Below, piece after piece: positions 45,325 through 55,200 of a stretch of 64,000 nucleotides of DNA. The stretch is from an uncultured delta proteobacterium. GTDB taxonomy: Bacteria > Myxococcota_A > Polyangia > Fen-1088. Within the stretch, counting starts at the first letter, position 1. The number at the start of each line of letters is the position of its first letter. The position numbers were made by a program, and so were the translations under genes. The stretch spans positions 736,001 to 800,000 of the forward strand of contig CAVYGB010000002.1 of the NCBI GenBank assembly GCA_963767925.1, in the 5' to 3' direction. The notes under the pieces are model-generated. The model did not search any database. It saw nothing but the letters and a program-made list of their open reading frames with translations, and had not been told where the DNA came from.

Positions 45325-46881
45325 GTGAAACACCCCCACGTCTGCCCCGGTCCCTTCGGCCAGCTCTCCGACGCCGCCCCGCCGGGCGCCGGCGGCAGCG
45401 GTGAAGCGATGAGCCGCCGGCACTGGATCACCCAGGTGGCCGGGGGCATGGGCGCCTGGGCCCTGCTGTCGCTGCTCGAGCGCGACGGCCGCGCCGCCGG
45501 CCTGGCCCCGGCCATCTCCGGCGACCCCGCAGCCCTCAACCCGCTGCGCGCCCGCCCGCCGCATTTTCCCGCCCGGGCCAAGAACGTCATCTTCCTGATG
45601 ATGGCCGGCGGGCCCAGCCAGATGGAGACGCTCGACCCCAAGCCGGTGCTCGACAAGCTGGCCGGGCAGCGGCTGCCCGAGAGCTTCGGCAAGATCCCCG
45701 CCCAGTTCACCGACGTCACGAAAGAGGTCCTGCTCGGCTGCAAGATCCGCTTCCGCAACAGCGGCCGGTCGGGCATCCCCATCGCCGACGCCTTCCCCCA
45801 CCTGCAGCGCCACGCCGACAAGCTGGCGGTCCTGCGGAGCTGTTACCACGACGCCTTCAACCACTCGCCCGCCCAGTACGTGCTCACCACCGGCATGTCG
45901 CGGCTCGGGTACCCCAGCCTCGGCGCCTGGATCACCTACGGCCTCGGCTCGGTGTCCGACAACCTCCCGGCGATGGTGGTCATGATGGAGGACGACGGGC
46001 GGGTCAAGGGTGGCACGCCCCTGTGGGGCAACGGGTTCCTCCCCGCCATCCACCAGGGCGCGCCCATCCAGACCGGCGGCACGCCGATCCTCTACGTCAA
46101 CCGCCAGGCCGACACGTCCGAGGAGAGCCAGCGCAACACGCTGGACATGGCCCAGTGGCTCAACCGCCGGCACGCCGCCCAGGTCTCGGCCGCCTCGCGC
46201 GAGCTCGACTCGCGCATCGCCGCCTACGAGCTCGCCTACCGCATGCAGACCGCCGCCCCCGAGGCGGTGGACATCACCAGGGAGAGCGCCGCCACCCGCA
46301 AGCTCTACGGCCTCGAGGGGGAGGCCACCCGCAGCTTCGGCACCCGCTGCCTGATCGCCCGCCGGCTTGTCGAGCGGGGCGTGCGCTTCGTGCAGATCAT
46401 CTCCGGCTCGGGCGACACGAAGGACTGGGACCACCACGACGACGCCTACCAGGGGACCATGCGCCAGGCGGGGAAGGTCGACCAGCCGATCGGGGCCCTG
46501 CTGCAGGACCTCGAGGCCCGGGGCAAGCTCGACGAGACCCTGGTTGTGTGGACGGGCGAGTTCGGGCGCACGCCCACCTCCCAGGGCGGCAAGGGCCGCG
46601 ACCACAACCCCAACGGCTACTCGATGTGGATGGCCGGCGGCGGCATCCAGGGCGGCAAGATCATCGGCGCCACCGACGAGATCGGCCTGCGCGCGGTCGA
46701 GGACAAGCTGCACATGCACGACATCCACGCGACAATCCTGTCGCTGCTGGGCCTCGACCACCGCAAGCTGACCTACCTGTTCCAGGGCCGCGAGATGCGC
46801 CTCACCGACGTGGGCGGCGACAACGACCTCGCCCGCCGCCTGGTGGGTGCGCCCGCGGTGCGAGCCGCCGCGGGCGGCTGA
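45325..46881 (+). CDS. DUF1501 domain protein
   Basis: AKNVIFLMMAGGPSQMETLDPKP, PSLGAW, ARRLVERGVRFV, WDHH, GEFGRTP, GRDH. Alternative start at MSRRHW. Confidence 0.93.
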   Translation: MKHPHVCPGPFGQLSDAAPPGAGGSGEAMSRRHWITQVAGGMGAWALLSLLERDGRAAGLAPAISGDPAALNPLRARPPHFPARAKNVIFLMMAGGPSQMETLDPKPVLDKLAGQRLPESFGKIPAQFTDVTKEVLLGCKIRFRNSGRSGIPIADAFPHLQRHADKLAVLRSCYHDAFNHSPAQYVLTTGMSRLGYPSLGAWITYGLGSVSDNLPAMVVMMEDDGRVKGGTPLWGNGFLPAIHQGAPIQTGGTPILYVNRQADTSEESQRNTLDMAQWLNRRHAAQVSAASRELDSRIAAYELAYRMQTAAPEAVDITRESAATRKLYGLEGEATRSFGTRCLIARRLVERGVRFVQIISGSGDTKDWDHHDDAYQGTMRQAGKVDQPIGALLQDLEARGKLDETLVVWTGEFGRTPTSQGGKGRDHNPNGYSMWMAGGGIQGGKIIGATDEIGLRAVEDKLHMHDIHATILSLLGLDHRKLTYLFQGREMRLTDVGGDNDLARRLVGAPAVRAAAGG

Positions 46882-46949
46882 GCGGCCTCAGCGGAAGAGC
46901 GGCGCGTGCGGGCCGCCGCGGGTGGCGGAGCGGCCTCAGCGGAAGAGCG
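46858..46949. repeat. Tandem duplication (period 48) at the junction of convergent genes
   Basis: 46858-46901 versus 46906-46949: 3 mismatches in 44 bp. Confidence 0.85.
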
Positions 46950-47070
46950 CCGCGGCCTTGCTGATGGTCTGGGCCACGCCCCACAGCAGGGGCAGGCCGA
47001 CCGCCAGCCAGGCCAGGGCGAGGATGGCGGCGCCGCGGGCGCGGGTCGGGGCGGCGGAGGGATCAGGCAT
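46936..47070 (-). CDS. 44-aa membrane peptide, MFS transporter small-subunit-like
   Basis: [44 protein letters not shown]; start overlaps the MFS stop; below the ORF-track cutoff. Confidence 0.8.
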   Translation of the reverse strand: MPDPSAAPTRARGAAILALAWLAVGLPLLWGVAQTISKAAALFR

Positions 47071-48442
47071 GGGCCAGCCGGGCCACGTCGCCGCCCTGGG
47101 CGTCTTCGAGGTGGTGGGGGGAGACCGGGCGCAGCGCCAGGTTGGCGAAGAAGGCGATCACCAGCAGGCCGGCCATGATGTAGAGGGTGACGTTGTAGGC
47201 CTGGGAGGCCGGGATGCCCCTGTCGATCTGGAACTGGCGGATGTAGTTGACCAGCACCGGGCCGAGGATCCCCGCCACCGCCCAGGCGGTGAGGAGCCGG
47301 CCGTGCACGGCGCTGACGTAGCGGGTGCCGAAGACGTCGGCCAGGTAGGCGGGGATGGTGGCGAAGCCGCCGCCGTACATGGTGAGGATGAGACAGAAGC
47401 AACCCACGAAGAGGGGCACGCTGCCGAGCGTGCCGGTCAGCGGGGTCAACGCGTACAGCGCGGGGCCGAGCGCGAAGAAGCAGGCGTAGGTCGCCTTGCG
47501 CCCGATCCGGTCCGACAGCGAGGCCCAGATGAAGCGCCCGCCCATGTTGAACAGGCTGAGCAGCCCCACGAAGCCGGCCGCCGCCGCCGGCGTGATGGAT
47601 CCCTTGAACACCTCCTGGATCATCGCCGAGGCCTGGCCGAGCACCCCGATCCCGGCGGTGACGTTGAAGCAGAGGACGACCCAGAGCAGCCAGAACTGGG
47701 GCGTGCGCGGGGCCTGCCCGGGCGTGACGTTGTGGCGCGTGACCAGCGCGCGCGCATCGACCGCCGGCGGCGCCCAGCCGGCCGGCCGCCAGCCCGGCGC
47801 CGGCACCCGGTACCCGAACGCGCCCCCCGCCATGAACAGCAGGTAGACGATCCCGAGCACCACCCAGGTCTGCACCACCCCCGTCGAGGTCGCCGAGGCG
47901 AAGCGGTTCATCAGGATGACCGACAGCGGGGAGGCCACCAGCGCGCCGCCGCCAAAGCCCATGATGGCCATCCCGGTGGCCATCCCGCGCCGATCCGGGA
48001 ACCAGGCGATCAAGGTGGAGACCGGCGTGATGTAGCCGATGCCCAGGCCACAGCCGCCCAGCACCCCGTAGCCGAAGTAGACCAGCCAGAGCTGGTGGGT
48101 CGCGATCCCCAGCGCCCCCACCAGGAACCCTGCCCCCCAGCACAGCGCCGCCACCAGTCCACTCTTGCGCGGCCCCTGCGCCTGCACCCACTTGCCAAAC
48201 ACCGCCGCCGAGGCCCCGAGAAAGAAGATCGCGATGGTGAAGATCCACCCCAGCTCGGTGAGCTTCCAGTCCTCCGGCAACGACCGGGTGATCCCGAGCT
48301 GCCGGGTCAGCGGCAGGTTGAACACGCTGATCGCATAGGCCTGCCCGATACACAGGTGGGTGGCCAGCGCGCAAGGCGGGATCAACCAGCGGGAGAACCC
48401 CGGCCCCGCGATGGTTCGCTCCTTGCTCAGCAACCCTGCCAA
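47063..48442 (-). CDS. OFA (oxalate:formate antiporter) family MFS transporter
   Basis: HLCIGQAYA, WFPDRRGMATG, FNMGGRF..SLSDRIGRK, YGGGFATIPA; TTG start with GGAGGT RBS. Confidence 0.93.
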   Translation of the reverse strand: MAGLLSKERTIAGPGFSRWLIPPCALATHLCIGQAYAISVFNLPLTRQLGITRSLPEDWKLTELGWIFTIAIFFLGASAAVFGKWVQAQGPRKSGLVAALCWGAGFLVGALGIATHQLWLVYFGYGVLGGCGLGIGYITPVSTLIAWFPDRRGMATGMAIMGFGGGALVASPLSVILMNRFASATSTGVVQTWVVLGIVYLLFMAGGAFGYRVPAPGWRPAGWAPPAVDARALVTRHNVTPGQAPRTPQFWLLWVVLCFNVTAGIGVLGQASAMIQEVFKGSITPAAAAGFVGLLSLFNMGGRFIWASLSDRIGRKATYACFFALGPALYALTPLTGTLGSVPLFVGCFCLILTMYGGGFATIPAYLADVFGTRYVSAVHGRLLTAWAVAGILGPVLVNYIRQFQIDRGIPASQAYNVTLYIMAGLLVIAFFANLALRPVSPHHLEDAQGGDVARLAHA

Positions 48443-49166
48443 GAGAAACCTCCGATGAAAGCTCCCAAAAAAACTCCGATGGAAAGCCCCGCCGCGCAGC
48501 GCCCACCGAAGGTGGGGTGGCAGGACGGTTCCACGGAGCACCCGGAGGTGTCAACCCAGGATCACCCGCGGAGCCGCGCCGCGCGCGACGCGGTCGCTTG
48601 ACCTGGTCCCCCGTCGGCTTCGCGGCGTCCTCGATGACGAGGCTGGATGCGCAAGCTTCGCCCCGCCCTGCAGATGGCCGCTCCAGCTGGGTGTGGTCTA
48701 CGTGGACTTTCACGCCTGCCTTGCCTTTCCGCGGAGCACGAACGTCCCCTGCCGCCGCCCGCGACCTATGGGACGAAAGAGAGCAGTTCGTCTTCGTGGT
48801 CGACTGCGTGGAAGGTCCGGCGCCAGCGCTTCTCCCGGTCGAACCGAAGATCGTCCTCGGACAGGAACCGTGTGATCATCAAGTGGCCGTCCCGTTAGCC
48901 ATTAGCGGGGTCATATGCGCGCTGTCGCCGGAGGCCGGACAGAAACGGCCTGTGCGTGCCCCGCAGGAGCTGACCACCGCCCAGCCGGGCCGGCGTGCGG
49001 CCGGCTCTGCATGGGGCTGGCGCATCCGATCCAGAACACCCCTGGCAGCGCCTCCACCGTGTACCTGACAGGGGCGGGACCCATTCCGCGGGGGTGGGGA
49101 TGGGCGTACAGTCCCGGGACCGCGCGGCGCTCGGGGGGGTCAGCCGTCGCGAGAAAAGGGATCTTC

Positions 49167-51962
49167 ATGCGATCGGCAGCGGTGACTCTCGGACTCCTCT
49201 TGCTCGGGCATCTGCCTGGGTCGTTCTTCTCTCCTCTCTTCGGGCCCTCGCGGGCGCTGGCTCAGGGAGGCGCGGCGGGATCGGTGGTCGGTTACGTCTA
49301 CGACCAGTCGGGCCAGCCCTTGCCGGGGGTCAAGGTCGCGCTGCAGTCGCCGACCCAGATCGGCGGCACCCGGGTCGGCTACACCGACGCGAGCGGGTTC
49401 TTCCGCTTCGCCCAGCTCTTCCCCGGCAAGTTCGAGCTGACCTCCAGCGCGCCCAGGATGAAGAGCTACATCGGCAAGGACATCCAGGTGGGGGTCGGCG
49501 CGGCGGTCGAGCTGAACATCGTGATGGAGCTGGAGACGGGCAACATCGAGGAGGTGAAGGTGGTCGAGAAGGCGCCCCTGGTGAGCACCACCACCAGCAA
49601 CGTCAAGGAGGTGTACGACCTCGAGTACCTGGAGGCGCTGCCGATGGTCTCGCGCGACCAGGTCCACACCCAGATGATCAACGAGGTCGCGGGGGCCAAC
49701 AACGGCCGCATGCGCGGGGGCTCGGTCAACCAGACGCTGTTCACCCAGGACGGCTTCGAGCTCAACCAGATCAACGGGGACTATCCGCCGCTGAAGTCCT
49801 CGGCGGCCTACGAGGTCAACACCGCCGGCTACGGCGCCGACGCCCCCAGCTCGCCGGGGGGCATGTTCAACCTGGTGACGAAGTCGGGCTCGAACCGCAC
49901 CGAGTTCGACTTCAACGCCACCGCCGAGGCCGACCAGCTCCGCTTCTTCCACGACAACCGGGACGCGCCCGGGACCGGCATCGGGCCGCTGGGCCAGGGG
50001 GCCAGCTCCTACTACATCCTGGCGCCCACCGTCGGCGGGCCCATCATCCGGGACAAGCTCTGGTACTTCTTCTCCGACGAGACCCACATCATCGGCCGCA
50101 CGCGCACCACCAATCCGGAGGGGATCCTCGGCGACCGGCTGCCCTACAGCAAGTTCTTCCACAAGGGGACCTTGAAGGTCACCTGGCAGATGACCGCGCG
50201 GAGCAAGCTCTCGAGCGTCACCAACCTGGGCTTCCCGATCACCGAGGGGAACATGCGCCCCGAGCTCGGCGTCAACCAGGAGGCGCAGCGGTTCCGGCTG
50301 GGCCGCCGCCTGTTCAGCGGCCTCATCTGGGAGTCCTTGCTGCGCGACAACCTCGTGCTGCGGGCCCAGGCCGGCTTCCGCTCGATCTTCAGCCACGTCT
50401 ACCCCGGGAGCTGCCGGGACGACGCCGACGGCTGCGACCACGTCCCCTCGGTCACCAACCTGTTCCCGCGCCAGTTCTGGGCGGGCAACGACAACCAGCA
50501 CACGCGCGACGACCTGTTTTCGGTGCAGACGCTGACCGCCCTCGACTGGTACCCGCGGGGGCGGCTGCTGGGCGAGCACAGCCTCAGCTTCAAGCACCGC
50601 TACTACACCGAGACCAACACCCAGTACCGGTCGGTGCCGGGCGACCAGGTGACCGAGCTGAACGGCAACGAGCCCTCGGCCCAGACCACCTTCTTCGCCA
50701 ACGACCCGCGCTACGAGCCGGCGCGCACCGGCTGGTTCATCACCGAGGCCAGCCACTTCCGCAGCATCGCGACCGTGAGCGATTCCTGGAAGCCGGTGCG
50801 CAGCCTGACCCTGATCCCCTCGCTGTCGCACGCCTGGGCCGCGGGCGGCAACAGCCGGGGCGACACGGTCAACAACACAACCTGGATCCCCGGGCTGGCC
50901 GGCGCCTGGGACGCCACCGGGGACGGACGCACGGTGGTGCGCAGCAGCCTCAGCACCTACGTCGACGTCGACCTGCTGGAAGCGGCCCGCCACACCGTGG
51001 GCACCCAGCCCCAGCGCCGCTGCCGCTGGAGCCCGGCCGACCAGGCCTACACCCAGGAGTGCACCTTCAGCGGCGGCGTCACCAGCAACACCTTCGGCTC
51101 GCCCTGCGGCCCCACCGGCATCCGCCCCGACGGCACGAGCTGCCGGCAGAGGCTGACCCTGCCCCGCACCTTCGAGGCGGTGTTCGGGGGCGAGCGGGAG
51201 CTGGTGCAGGGACTGGCGATGTCGCTCGACCTCATCTACCGGAAGTTCGAGAACCAGTTCGACCGGCGCGAGACAAACCGGATCTGGAACGGGGGCGGCA
51301 CCGAGCTGGCCCGGGTCGGCTCCTTCCGCAACGGCCGGGCCCAGACCGTCTCCGACCTGTCGACCCCCGACGAGTCGTGGCGCCGGTACCAGGGCGTCAC
51401 CATGGGCCTCAACAAGCGCGAGGGCCGCTTCAAGACCCACCTCGAATACACCCTGTCGCGCCTGACCGGCACCCACCAGGAGGTCGACAACCTCTACGGC
51501 GACATCCCCGCGCGCGACGTCTACCTCGAGGGCTACCTGCCCGAAGATCATCGGCACGAGATCAAGGGGACGCTCGCCTACCAGGCCACGCCCTGGCTGG
51601 CCTTCGGCGCGCGCTACCGCTACCTGTCCGGTCAGCCGTACAGCCGCCTCTTCTTCAACCCGGTCACCAACACCTGGGACCTGTACAAGGCCCCGCTCGG
51701 CATCAACCCCGGCACCGATCTCAACGACCCCAACGACGACCGCGCGCTCCGCCTGCCCGACCTGCAAGACCTCAACGTCCAGGTCCGCCTCAACCTCTTG
51801 CCCCTGGTCGGCCACAAGGTCGACTTCTACGTCGACGTCCTCAACGCCCTGGCCCTGCGCACCGCCACCAGCTACGGCCAGCAAGAGCTGCGCGACTTCG
51901 GCGTCGAGAACGGCTGGCTCCCCCCCTTCCGCATCCGCCTGGGCGTGAACTACCGCTATTGA
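49167..51962 (+). CDS. TonB-dependent receptor with N-terminal carboxypeptidase-regulatory-like domain (Oar-like)
   Basis: G.V.DQSGQPLPGV, GG..NLVTKSGSN, GGPIIRDKLWYF, C-terminal RLGVNYRY. Confidence 0.9.
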   Translation: MRSAAVTLGLLLLGHLPGSFFSPLFGPSRALAQGGAAGSVVGYVYDQSGQPLPGVKVALQSPTQIGGTRVGYTDASGFFRFAQLFPGKFELTSSAPRMKSYIGKDIQVGVGAAVELNIVMELETGNIEEVKVVEKAPLVSTTTSNVKEVYDLEYLEALPMVSRDQVHTQMINEVAGANNGRMRGGSVNQTLFTQDGFELNQINGDYPPLKSSAAYEVNTAGYGADAPSSPGGMFNLVTKSGSNRTEFDFNATAEADQLRFFHDNRDAPGTGIGPLGQGASSYYILAPTVGGPIIRDKLWYFFSDETHIIGRTRTTNPEGILGDRLPYSKFFHKGTLKVTWQMTARSKLSSVTNLGFPITEGNMRPELGVNQEAQRFRLGRRLFSGLIWESLLRDNLVLRAQAGFRSIFSHVYPGSCRDDADGCDHVPSVTNLFPRQFWAGNDNQHTRDDLFSVQTLTALDWYPRGRLLGEHSLSFKHRYYTETNTQYRSVPGDQVTELNGNEPSAQTTFFANDPRYEPARTGWFITEASHFRSIATVSDSWKPVRSLTLIPSLSHAWAAGGNSRGDTVNNTTWIPGLAGAWDATGDGRTVVRSSLSTYVDVDLLEAARHTVGTQPQRRCRWSPADQAYTQECTFSGGVTSNTFGSPCGPTGIRPDGTSCRQRLTLPRTFEAVFGGERELVQGLAMSLDLIYRKFENQFDRRETNRIWNGGGTELARVGSFRNGRAQTVSDLSTPDESWRRYQGVTMGLNKREGRFKTHLEYTLSRLTGTHQEVDNLYGDIPARDVYLEGYLPEDHRHEIKGTLAYQATPWLAFGARYRYLSGQPYSRLFFNPVTNTWDLYKAPLGINPGTDLNDPNDDRALRLPDLQDLNVQVRLNLLPLVGHKVDFYVDVLNALALRTATSYGQQELRDFGVENGWLPPFRIRLGVNYRY

Positions 51963-51980
51963 TTCAGGGAACGATGGATC

Positions 51981-52009
51981 GCCCCCGCCCTCGTGCGGGC
52001 GGGGGTTTT
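51981..52009 (+). terminator. Rho-independent terminator
   Basis: CCCCCGCCC-tcgtgc-GGGCGGGGG-TTTT. Confidence 0.75.
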
Positions 52010-52057
52010 CCATTCGAAGCAGGACCTTCGCGTGCCCGTCCCCGTCCCCGGGAACGG

Positions 52058-52624
52058 TCAGCGGGCGCGCATGCGGTTGTTCTTCGGCAAGTGCTCGACC
52101 TCGGCCAGCTTCAGCGCCTCCAGGACGGGCGGCAAATACACCCCGAAGCGCCCGCGCAGCCCCTTCTTCAGCCCGTACCAGCCCCCGACGGGGTTCTTCG
52201 CCGACCGGCCCCACGCTTCGACGGTTCCGGCGAGGGCGGGCTTCTGCTCGTCCGCCCCGCCGAGGGCCATCCAGTCGCCGTGAGCGACGAGCATCGCCCG
52301 CAAGTCATCGATGCAGCTCAGGTGGTAGCGAAGCTCGGTCTTGCCGACCCGGACCACCAGCGCCGGCGGATCGGCCCCCGGGTCGCGGAACGCCAGGAAC
52401 TCGGAGGCGCCCGGCGGCGTCTTCAGCACCCACGGCCTCTCCCGCGTCCCCCCCTTCCCCGCCCCCCCGTCGCTCGCCTTGACGCCACTCGCGCCCCTGG
52501 CGGCCTTCGCCGGCAGCGGGACCTTGACCGACTTGGAGGCCTTCACGGCCTTCGCGCCCGGCGGCCTTCCGGAACCCTTCCCCGGCCTCAGGAGCTTCGT
52601 GGGTCTTGCAACCTTCGCAACCAT
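52058..52624 (-). CDS. Conserved hypothetical protein (DUF6855-like) with Lys/Ala-rich N-terminus
   Basis: PWVLKTPPG, LGGADEQKP..GTVEAWGR..NPVGGWYGLKKGLRGRFG. Confidence 0.75.
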   Translation of the reverse strand: MVAKVARPTKLLRPGKGSGRPPGAKAVKASKSVKVPLPAKAARGASGVKASDGGAGKGGTRERPWVLKTPPGASEFLAFRDPGADPPALVVRVGKTELRYHLSCIDDLRAMLVAHGDWMALGGADEQKPALAGTVEAWGRSAKNPVGGWYGLKKGLRGRFGVYLPPVLEALKLAEVEHLPKNNRMRAR

Positions 52625-53065
52625 GAGCCATCCCCTCCGTGTGACGAGCGCGCGCGAAGCGGTCAGTTGAACGTGGCGGTGACGAGCAGCGGGACGGGGG
52701 GGGCGGTGCGATCCGGGATCAGCGGCAGGTGAGAGGTTGTGAGGCGGTGAAGCTAGGAGCGGCTGACGGCCGGGCTGGCCTGGACGTCCACGTCGGGGTG
52801 GTGGCGCGTGAGGGCGACGCGGGCTCGGAGCGGAGCGCGCTGGCGATGAGCCAGGCCTTCCTGGCGCTGGGGAACGTCTCGTGCAGGGGCTGCCCGGTCA
52901 AGGCATGCAGATCGCCTATCAGGACGGGGCGGCCTTCGCGGCCCTGCTCGAGCGGCGGGGCATCGACGTGGTCTACCTCTGCCGGGGCTCGAGGGCGACC
53001 TCGCCGGGATCCTCGAGGTCACCCGGAGGCGCGACGTCCTCTCGATGGCGGCAAGGAGGAGCACG

Positions 53066-53368
53066 TCAGCGCGGGCGCCTCGATCGGCGCCTTCCCCGTC
53101 GACGGCGACCTGGCGGGACCAGGCCACCGAGGCTCCATTCGTCCGCGACGAACAGATCGTAGCCCACGCCGGCCATCCCCCCGAAGCCCAGGCCCACCTT
53201 GCCCGGGCGCTCTCCGCTGCCGTCGAGGTAGCCTGCAGCGAACAGCAAGCCGGCCTGCAGGTGCAGGCCGCCGGCCGGATCGAGGTAATAGTCGACGAAG
53301 GGCCCGGTACCGGAGACGTGTTGTCCGCCGGCGTCGACCCCGTCGTAGTCAGGCCCGGGCGCGACCAT
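53066..53368 (-). pseudogene. Outer-membrane beta-barrel fragment
   Basis: GPFVDYYLDPAGGLHLQAG...GVGYDLFVADEWSLG, with no intact N- or C-terminus. Confidence 0.4.
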
Positions 53369-53439
53369 GGGGAACGTCCTCCACCCGTCGACCGACCCGG
53401 GCCGCAGGGTCCACCTCGATCGCCAGCTCGCTGGCGATG

Positions 53440-53885
53440 TTCGCGCCCTAGCACGACGGCCGCGTCGTCCGCATCGCCGACCGCTACCAGGGCAAGCGGC
53501 TCACCAGCCCCAACGACGTCGTGGTGAAGACCGACGGCTCGATCTGGTTCACCGATCCGCCTACGGCCCGCCCGACTACGACGGCGACAAGGCCGAGCAG
53601 CGACCTCGGCAGAAGGCCGTCTTCGTCGCGCCGGAGGTAACAAAATGTACCGATATTCGACCCCCCCGGCCCGCGTTCGGTCGACGAGAATCTTCCCGCC
53701 GCTCCGGCCGAAGCCAGCAGGTCGCGCTCCGCCTCGCCGCGACGGCACCTGCCGGCGGCGCGCTCTTCGCCGCCAGCAGGCCGGGCGCTTCGACGGGTTC
53801 CGCCTGCCGACGCAGGGCCGCATCGCCTCCACCGGCGAGGGCGTCCACTGCTCGAACTCGACGGCACGCTGATCGGCATCCGGAC
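53440..53885 (+). pseudogene. SMP-30/gluconolactonase fragment
   Basis: ADRYQGKRLTSPNDVVVKTDGSIWFTDPP and FDGFRL...GEGVHC...DGTLIG, split across frames. Confidence 0.65.
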
Positions 53886-54200
53886 CCGAGGTCCTCTCCA
53901 GCGTCGTCCGTGACTCCACCGCACCCGGCCGCCCATCGGCCACGAAGGTGACCACCACCTCGGTCGGATGCTGCGCATCGGTCCCCGGATAGAAGTCGAG
54001 CACCAGCCGCCCCGGCGCCTCCCACACCCGCACCCACGGCCCAGCTCCTGCTCGCGTCCGTCCGAGGCCCGCTCCCAGACCACCGCCCCTCGGGCACGAG
54101 CCGGATCACGTCGCTGCGCGGATCCTGGAGGGCGGCGCCGCGACTCCGGCCATCCCCACTCCGAAGGGCCCGCTCCGTCGGAACAGCGCGAACGCCCGGC
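53886..54200 (-). pseudogene. SRPBCC domain fragment
   Basis: VWERASDGREQELG / VRVWEAPGRLVLDFYPG...TEVVVTF in shifting frames. Confidence 0.5.
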
Positions 54201-54279
54201 CTGTATCACACGGCAGCCACACCGACTTCGCCTGGAGTGCTCGGGCTCAGCTTCCGTTCGCCAAGCTCCGCGACGGGAG

Positions 54280-54540
54280 CTGGGCCGAGACGCGTCGATC
54301 CACATCCCAGAACTCGTCGAGAAAGGCCCGCACCGAAGCGAACCCTTGCACCCGGACCGCATAGACCACTCCGCACCCCCTCCGCCCGCGCCCTCGGCCA
54401 GCCCCGCCTCGTCGAGCAACCGCAGGTGCCTCGACACCGCCGGCCGACTCACCGGCAACTTCGCCGCCAGGTCCGCCACCGAAAGCGGCGCCACCCGGCA
54501 ACTTCGGCATCTCGCCGCCGCACCGGACTCCCCAGCGCAT
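54280..54540 (-). pseudogene. ArsR-family regulator fragment
   Basis: SVADLAAKLPVSRPAVSRHLRLLDEAGL; later RAFLDEFWD in another frame. Confidence 0.6.
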
Positions 54541-54711
54541 CGAGCGCGATGCCCCATGGTAACCCCAGGGTTACGCGAATCTGGAGTCCCCGGGAGCGAG
54601 GCTGCGGGGCGTGCGGCGGAGGCGGCACGACTGCGGCTGCGTGGCGGTCCTTGCCGGAGATGTGGTCACTCCGCGCGAGTGAGCGCGCCCGGGCGGGCCA
54701 CCCGACGGCGC

Positions 54712-54945
54712 CCACCGGGTAACGGCCCCCACGTGCGCCGCCGCCCCAAGGTGAAGCTGCTCCCCTATGACGGAATGGCCACCCCCCGCCACTTCACCCG
54801 CCTCGAGAAGGCCATCGACCGCGCCCGCTTCGAGGTCCCCATCGCCGCCGTCTACCCCCTCGCCCGCGCCGCCGCCGCCCACGCCCGCGCCGAGAAGGGC
54901 GGCGTCCTGGGCCGCATCGTCCTCCGCATCAGCGGCCCCGCCTGA
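54712..54945 (+). pseudogene. C-terminal fragment of an MDR-family (zinc-binding/NADP) oxidoreductase
   Basis: VPIAAVYPLARAAAAHARAEKGGVLGRIVLRI, with no N-terminal domain. Confidence 0.55.
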
Positions 54946-55200
54946 CCCCGTGAGAGGCGGGCGACCACATCGACGACGTCAATCTGGATGCGAACGCAAG
55001 TGAACGGGTAGTCGGGCGGTAGTCGGGCTGGCTTTCTCGCCTGCATGTCCCGCCTCATCGATAACCGGTTTGGTGGCAGGATCGTTCGTCACGACCTCTA
55101 CGACCTTTGCGTCGCGCGACGTCCGGAATGATGACGTGGCAGACGGAAACGCGGCCCTACCGGCCATTGCGGCGGATGGTCGGGCCCACTCCGGGCGGGT

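Noticed and set aside
48760..48885. 37-aa minus-strand ORF MITRFLSEDDLRFDREKRW...
   Set aside because: Short, with no RBS and no recognisable homology.
48995..52732. Very long overlapping or antisense ORFs (also 42813-45821, 31722-34808 and many others)
   Set aside because: These are Arg/Pro/Gly-rich shadow frames expected in high-GC DNA opposite or overlapping real genes.
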